Assembly (NCBI GenBank): GCA_964447495.1
Contig: CAYUTF010000013.1
Location: 1-43,101, forward strand
Length of the DNA stretch: 43,101 nt
Direction of reading: 5' to 3'
Source: an uncultured archaeon
GTDB taxonomy: Archaea > Asgardarchaeota > Lokiarchaeia > Sigyniarchaeales > SOKP01
The position numbers were made by a program, and so were the translations under genes. The number at the start of each line of letters is the position of its first letter. Position 1 is the stretch's first letter. The notes beneath the pieces were generated by a model. That model made no database searches. It was not told where the DNA came from and worked only from the letters and a program-made list of their open reading frames with translations. Below are positions 39,481-43,101 of the stretch, in pieces.

Positions 39481-40386
39481 ATGATTGATAGATATATTCA
39501 ATTTTTAGGTTTAGAACAAACAAAACAATTTCTAATTGCAAATGAAAAGCCTTTAAAGCCATCTATCAGGGTTAATACTTTAAAAATTACGGTAGATCGA
39601 TTAAAAGACAGGTTAGAAAATAAAGGATTCCAATTAGAGCTATCTAAGTGGTTTTCTTATGCCTTCATCGTAAATAGTGCCCCATATAACCTTGGTGCTA
39701 CGCATGAATTTCTTCAAGGATATTATTATTTACAAAATATAGCATCTATGCTTCCCGCATCAATATTAAATCCAAATTCGAATGATGTTGTTATTGATAT
39801 GTGTGCTGCTCCTGGAAGTAAAGCCACACATCTAGCTCAAATTATGAAAAATGGTGGTATTCTAATTTTGATTGATTTTAATCTCAAGAGAATTCCCGCA
39901 CTTGCAATCAATTTACGAAGATTAGGTATCACAAACTCGATTGTTATGAATTATAACTCCACTGACTTATCTAATTTAAATCTCAAAGCAGATAAGATTT
40001 TACTGGATGTCCCTTGTACAGGCGAAGGTTTAATAAGGCAAGATCCAAAAAGGAAGAGAAGTAAAAAATTAAACGATATAGAAAAAATGGCACAAATACA
40101 AAAATCATTATTAAAGTCTGGTCTTAATGCATTAAAAGTTGGAGGAAAATTATTATATAGCACTTGTTCAATCGCACCCGAAGAGAATGAATTGGTTATA
40201 AATGATATATTGCATAATATGCAGGATTACAGAATAATTGAACTCCCTGATCAATATGGTGTGAATGGTTTAACGGAAATTTATGGTAAAGAATTAAACA
40301 ATGAGCTTAAATTTTCACAACGGTTATATCCTCATCTACATGATACAATCGGATTTTTTTTCTGCTTAATTAAAAGAATAAGTTGA
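39481..40386 (+). CDS. RsmB/NOP2/NSUN family RNA cytosine-C5 methyltransferase (true start probably upstream, about 39421)
   Basis: IRVNTLK, QNIASMLP, DMCAAPGSK, LLDVPCTGEG, YSTCS, PEENE, GFF. Confidence 0.92.
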   Translation: MIDRYIQFLGLEQTKQFLIANEKPLKPSIRVNTLKITVDRLKDRLENKGFQLELSKWFSYAFIVNSAPYNLGATHEFLQGYYYLQNIASMLPASILNPNSNDVVIDMCAAPGSKATHLAQIMKNGGILILIDFNLKRIPALAINLRRLGITNSIVMNYNSTDLSNLNLKADKILLDVPCTGEGLIRQDPKRKRSKKLNDIEKMAQIQKSLLKSGLNALKVGGKLLYSTCSIAPEENELVINDILHNMQDYRIIELPDQYGVNGLTEIYGKELNNELKFSQRLYPHLHDTIGFFFCLIKRIS

Positions 40387-40559
40387 AAATTGTTTTAATA
40401 ATGCTTCATACTCAAAAAATGTTTTTGTAAAGAAGCAAAGTTGTAAAAAATTGGTCGTTATGAATTTTTATACTTAAATTAACTAAGAACCTTGAGAAAT
40501 CATCTATTCCTAAAAAAGTCATTATTGAAATTAAAATATAAAACATTAAACTTAGAGCG

Positions 40560-41006
40560 TTGGACCCTAAATCAATAGATTATGCAAACTCCATAGTAAA
40601 AATTGAATCCCAAAATAACATTTTAAAAAAAATGGAATCAATATTATACAAATTTAAAGTTACAGAGTTAAGAATTTTATCTCATTCAATCGGAAAAAAA
40701 AGTCGCTTTTGGACACTCTTGTTAAAGAAGGCTCAAATAATTGACTACTTAAAGTTGCATTTCCTAAGACTTTATATAAAAAATTCACTTAATAAAATCT
40801 TAATTGACCATAATTTAAGAAAGTTAATAAAATCAGAAATTTTTAAGGTTAAAGGGGATATTTTTTCAGAGTTTTTAGGATTATATTTCGATATAATGCA
40901 AGAATTAGAAGATCAAGCTAAATCTGAAAATCTCCCTTTCGAACTTATCAACGATCAAATAAAGTTTGATTTTCATGAAAAGCGAGATAATTACACGAGC
41001 GATTAG
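40560..41006 (+). CDS. Hypothetical helical protein
   Basis: 148-aa TTG ORF overlapping the next gene; no motif. Confidence 0.5.
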   Translation: MDPKSIDYANSIVKIESQNNILKKMESILYKFKVTELRILSHSIGKKSRFWTLLLKKAQIIDYLKLHFLRLYIKNSLNKILIDHNLRKLIKSEIFKVKGDIFSEFLGLYFDIMQELEDQAKSENLPFELINDQIKFDFHEKRDNYTSD

Positions 41007-41679
41007 TTTGGATCACCCGAAAGTTCAAGAAGTAATTAAAATCGCTGAAGAAATCATGAATAGTAATAAAATTCTAAATATTGATAATTTGTATCATATT
41101 GCAAAAAGATCATTAAAGATTCCGAGAAAAGGATTATTAACAATCATTCAATTTTTAGTTAATAAGCAAGTTTTAATTGAGGGATCAAAATATTCGAAAG
41201 AAACAGTTCTTTCTAATCGAACAAGAAGAAATATCTATGAATTTATCAAGTTTAACCAAGCAGTTCATTTTTCTCATATAAGGAAAAATATAAGTGAAGA
41301 CACTTCGAGTGATGGTGGAAGTTCTGGACAGCTGATATGGCACCTTGAAATGTTGTTAAAATTCAAATACATCAAGAAATTTAAACTTGGAAATTATACT
41401 GTATTTCTTCCGACTAACCTTGATGAAGAGAGTGGCGCTATTAGATTTTTATTGCGAGATAAATTAAATAAAGAAATATTAAGTATAATAAATTCTAAAA
41501 AGTCTATTAAAAGGTCAGAAATCTATAAAATTTTGGGTGAGAAAAGAGAAAAAGTGTATTATCATATCAATAATTTAATTGAGTATGATATTATTGCCCT
41601 AAAGGAAAAACAGGATAAAGAAGTATGCATAAATCCTGAGAAAAAAGACTTACTCGAATCTATATTAAAAGAAATGTGA
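40975..41679 (+). CDS. Multi winged-helix transcriptional regulator (archaeal double-wHTH type)
   Basis: TRRNIYEFIK, VHFSHIRK, SSGQLIWHLEML, KRSEIYKILG...VYYHINNL; likely ATG at 40975. Confidence 0.8.
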   Translation: MKSEIITRAISLDHPKVQEVIKIAEEIMNSNKILNIDNLYHIAKRSLKIPRKGLLTIIQFLVNKQVLIEGSKYSKETVLSNRTRRNIYEFIKFNQAVHFSHIRKNISEDTSSDGGSSGQLIWHLEMLLKFKYIKKFKLGNYTVFLPTNLDEESGAIRFLLRDKLNKEILSIINSKKSIKRSEIYKILGEKREKVYYHINNLIEYDIIALKEKQDKEVCINPEKKDLLESILKEM

Positions 41680-41710
41680 ATAATATAAGTCTATAGGAGG
41701 TATGGTTTAA

Positions 41711-43024
41711 TTGACATTAAATTGGACACCAGAGGTTATAGCAGATCTATGTGTTTTTATCATTGTTATTGCTGGAGCAATTGCAACATATAGCTTTCCT
41801 CAAACAAGAAAGATAAAATCATTACTTTTTATTGGATTGGGTATGGCTGTCCAATCACTTTTATTCTTGTTTGAAGCAATTGGAATGTTATTTTTAAATC
41901 CTCTATTTAAAGTATTAGATGGAATATTTTCTATTCCTGGAGCAATCCTATTTATTATTGCGATAAATTATATCCTTAAAGAAACGTATAATTCAATAAC
42001 TCTAATTATAGCTTGTAGCTTTGGAATTTTGATTGTATATGCTGCTTTTTTACCTGATGCTACAACAGGAGTTATTTTTGAAGCAGGTTACTTAACCATA
42101 AATTGGTCTGGGTTATATGGTTTTTTGGGAGATCTTTACCAAGCATACTATGCAATGATTATTTTTTATTGGGGTATAAAAACTTATCTTCATGCTCCTA
42201 TTCTGATGAAAAGAGATGCTCTAATATTTTTCATAGGTATCTGTTTATTACCTCTGTCAATTGTTGCATATTACTTTACTCTAATCGATCCCAGTTATAT
42301 TTGGCTATCAGATGCATGTGTAGCATCAGGTACTATTATCTATTTAATTGCCGTTATAAATGAGCCAAAACTTGTATATATATTACCATTTACTTTATAT
42401 CGAATTGTTGTGAAAGACCGTGAAGGTAATCCTATATTCGATAATGATTGGTCTTATTCTACTATAAATGAAAAAATTTTTACAGGCTTTATTAATGCTG
42501 TTCAACTTATGAGTGAAGAGGTTATGAATATGGGTGGTCTTTTAGATATTAATTTAGAAGAAGGGATTCTTATTGTACATGAATCCGAATTTATCACCAT
42601 AGGTTTAGCCTCTTCGAAATCATCAAAACTATTAAGGAGAAACCTTGTAAATTTTACATATGACTTTCAAAAACGCTTTGAGAAAGAATTGAAAGAATAT
42701 TGTACTGATATGGAGGCTTATGAACCCGCATATGAACTATTAGAAAAACACTTCTCTAACTTTCCAAAAAGAATTATTCCGAGTAAAAAACATCCTTTAT
42801 TATTATCTGGTAAACATGCAAAAATTCCATTTGAACTGGATAATAAACTAAAACAAATAGAACCTAATATTGAAAGTTATGAGTTTCTTAAAACTGAAAT
42901 ACAAAAAGCACCATTATGTATTACTAAAGATTTCTTCACATTATATAATGAATTAAAAAACGAGACCGATCAATTACCAGAAAAAGAAATAAAAGAGTTG
43001 GAAAATGAATCTGGAAATGAATAA
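41711..43024 (+). CDS. 7TM membrane protein with C-terminal longin-like domain
   Basis: Seven hydrophobic segments aa 1-220; from about aa 229 LYRIVVKDREGNPIF..IFTGFINAVQLMSEEV..GGLLDINLEEGILIV...LVNFTYDFQKRF; AGGAGG RBS. Confidence 0.78.
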   Translation: MTLNWTPEVIADLCVFIIVIAGAIATYSFPQTRKIKSLLFIGLGMAVQSLLFLFEAIGMLFLNPLFKVLDGIFSIPGAILFIIAINYILKETYNSITLIIACSFGILIVYAAFLPDATTGVIFEAGYLTINWSGLYGFLGDLYQAYYAMIIFYWGIKTYLHAPILMKRDALIFFIGICLLPLSIVAYYFTLIDPSYIWLSDACVASGTIIYLIAVINEPKLVYILPFTLYRIVVKDREGNPIFDNDWSYSTINEKIFTGFINAVQLMSEEVMNMGGLLDINLEEGILIVHESEFITIGLASSKSSKLLRRNLVNFTYDFQKRFEKELKEYCTDMEAYEPAYELLEKHFSNFPKRIIPSKKHPLLLSGKHAKIPFELDNKLKQIEPNIESYEFLKTEIQKAPLCITKDFFTLYNELKNETDQLPEKEIKELENESGNE

Positions 43025-43101
43025 CATTATCTCTTTAACCTATTTTTTTTTGTAGAAAATTGGTCCTAATGGATTTATATTTAGTTTTGGATTATCAATA
43101 T

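Noticed and set aside
3872-42363. Short antisense or alternative-frame ORFs in the track (e.g. 4985-5326, 8469-8894, 13771-14052, 28480-28728, 34315-34578, 42103-42363)
   Set aside because: They lie wholly or almost wholly within well-supported genes and show no motifs; they are shadow ORFs.
41711-42380. 7TM domains as microbial rhodopsins
   Set aside because: No retinal-binding Lys motif in TM7 of either 7TM protein.
1-43101. CRISPR arrays, IS elements, tRNA/rRNA genes
   Set aside because: No regularly spaced repeats, transposase/integrase ORFs or GC-rich structured RNA segments seen by eye; covariance-model searches were not run.

Overview
AT-rich, densely coding prokaryotic chromosomal segment with about 38 genes. 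Several features point to an Asgard archaeon, probably Lokiarchaeia (an inference): GGTGA-type RBSs, frequent TTG starts, poly-T gene ends, tungsten AOR, archaeal-type NOP2 and CYTH genes, and Roadblock, longin-like, LRR and TIR domains. The left part holds a 5'-truncated glycyl-radical enzyme of unassigned class with its activase, an HTH-Roadblock fusion and AOR, then a CrtI/RetSat-like oxidoreductase with an FNR-2Fe2S partner. The middle part holds sugar, sulfur and housekeeping metabolism (mtnA, Dus, glgP, SIS protein, acyl-CoA ligase, MFS, NDP-sugar synthase). The right part is the most unusual: an HD-phosphohydrolase / HEAT-LRR / small-protein run, a 7TM receptor fused to a TIR domain retaining the catalytic-position Glu, and a second 7TM protein fused to a longin-like domain downstream of a wHTH regulator. 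The gap at 33.7-33.9 kb, absent from the ORF track, is a mosaic of diverged fragments of two genes found intact 1.6 and 5.3 kb downstream, joined at a 2-bp microhomology. I recognised no rRNA, tRNA, CRISPR array or transposase. All family calls come from motif reading, not database searches.
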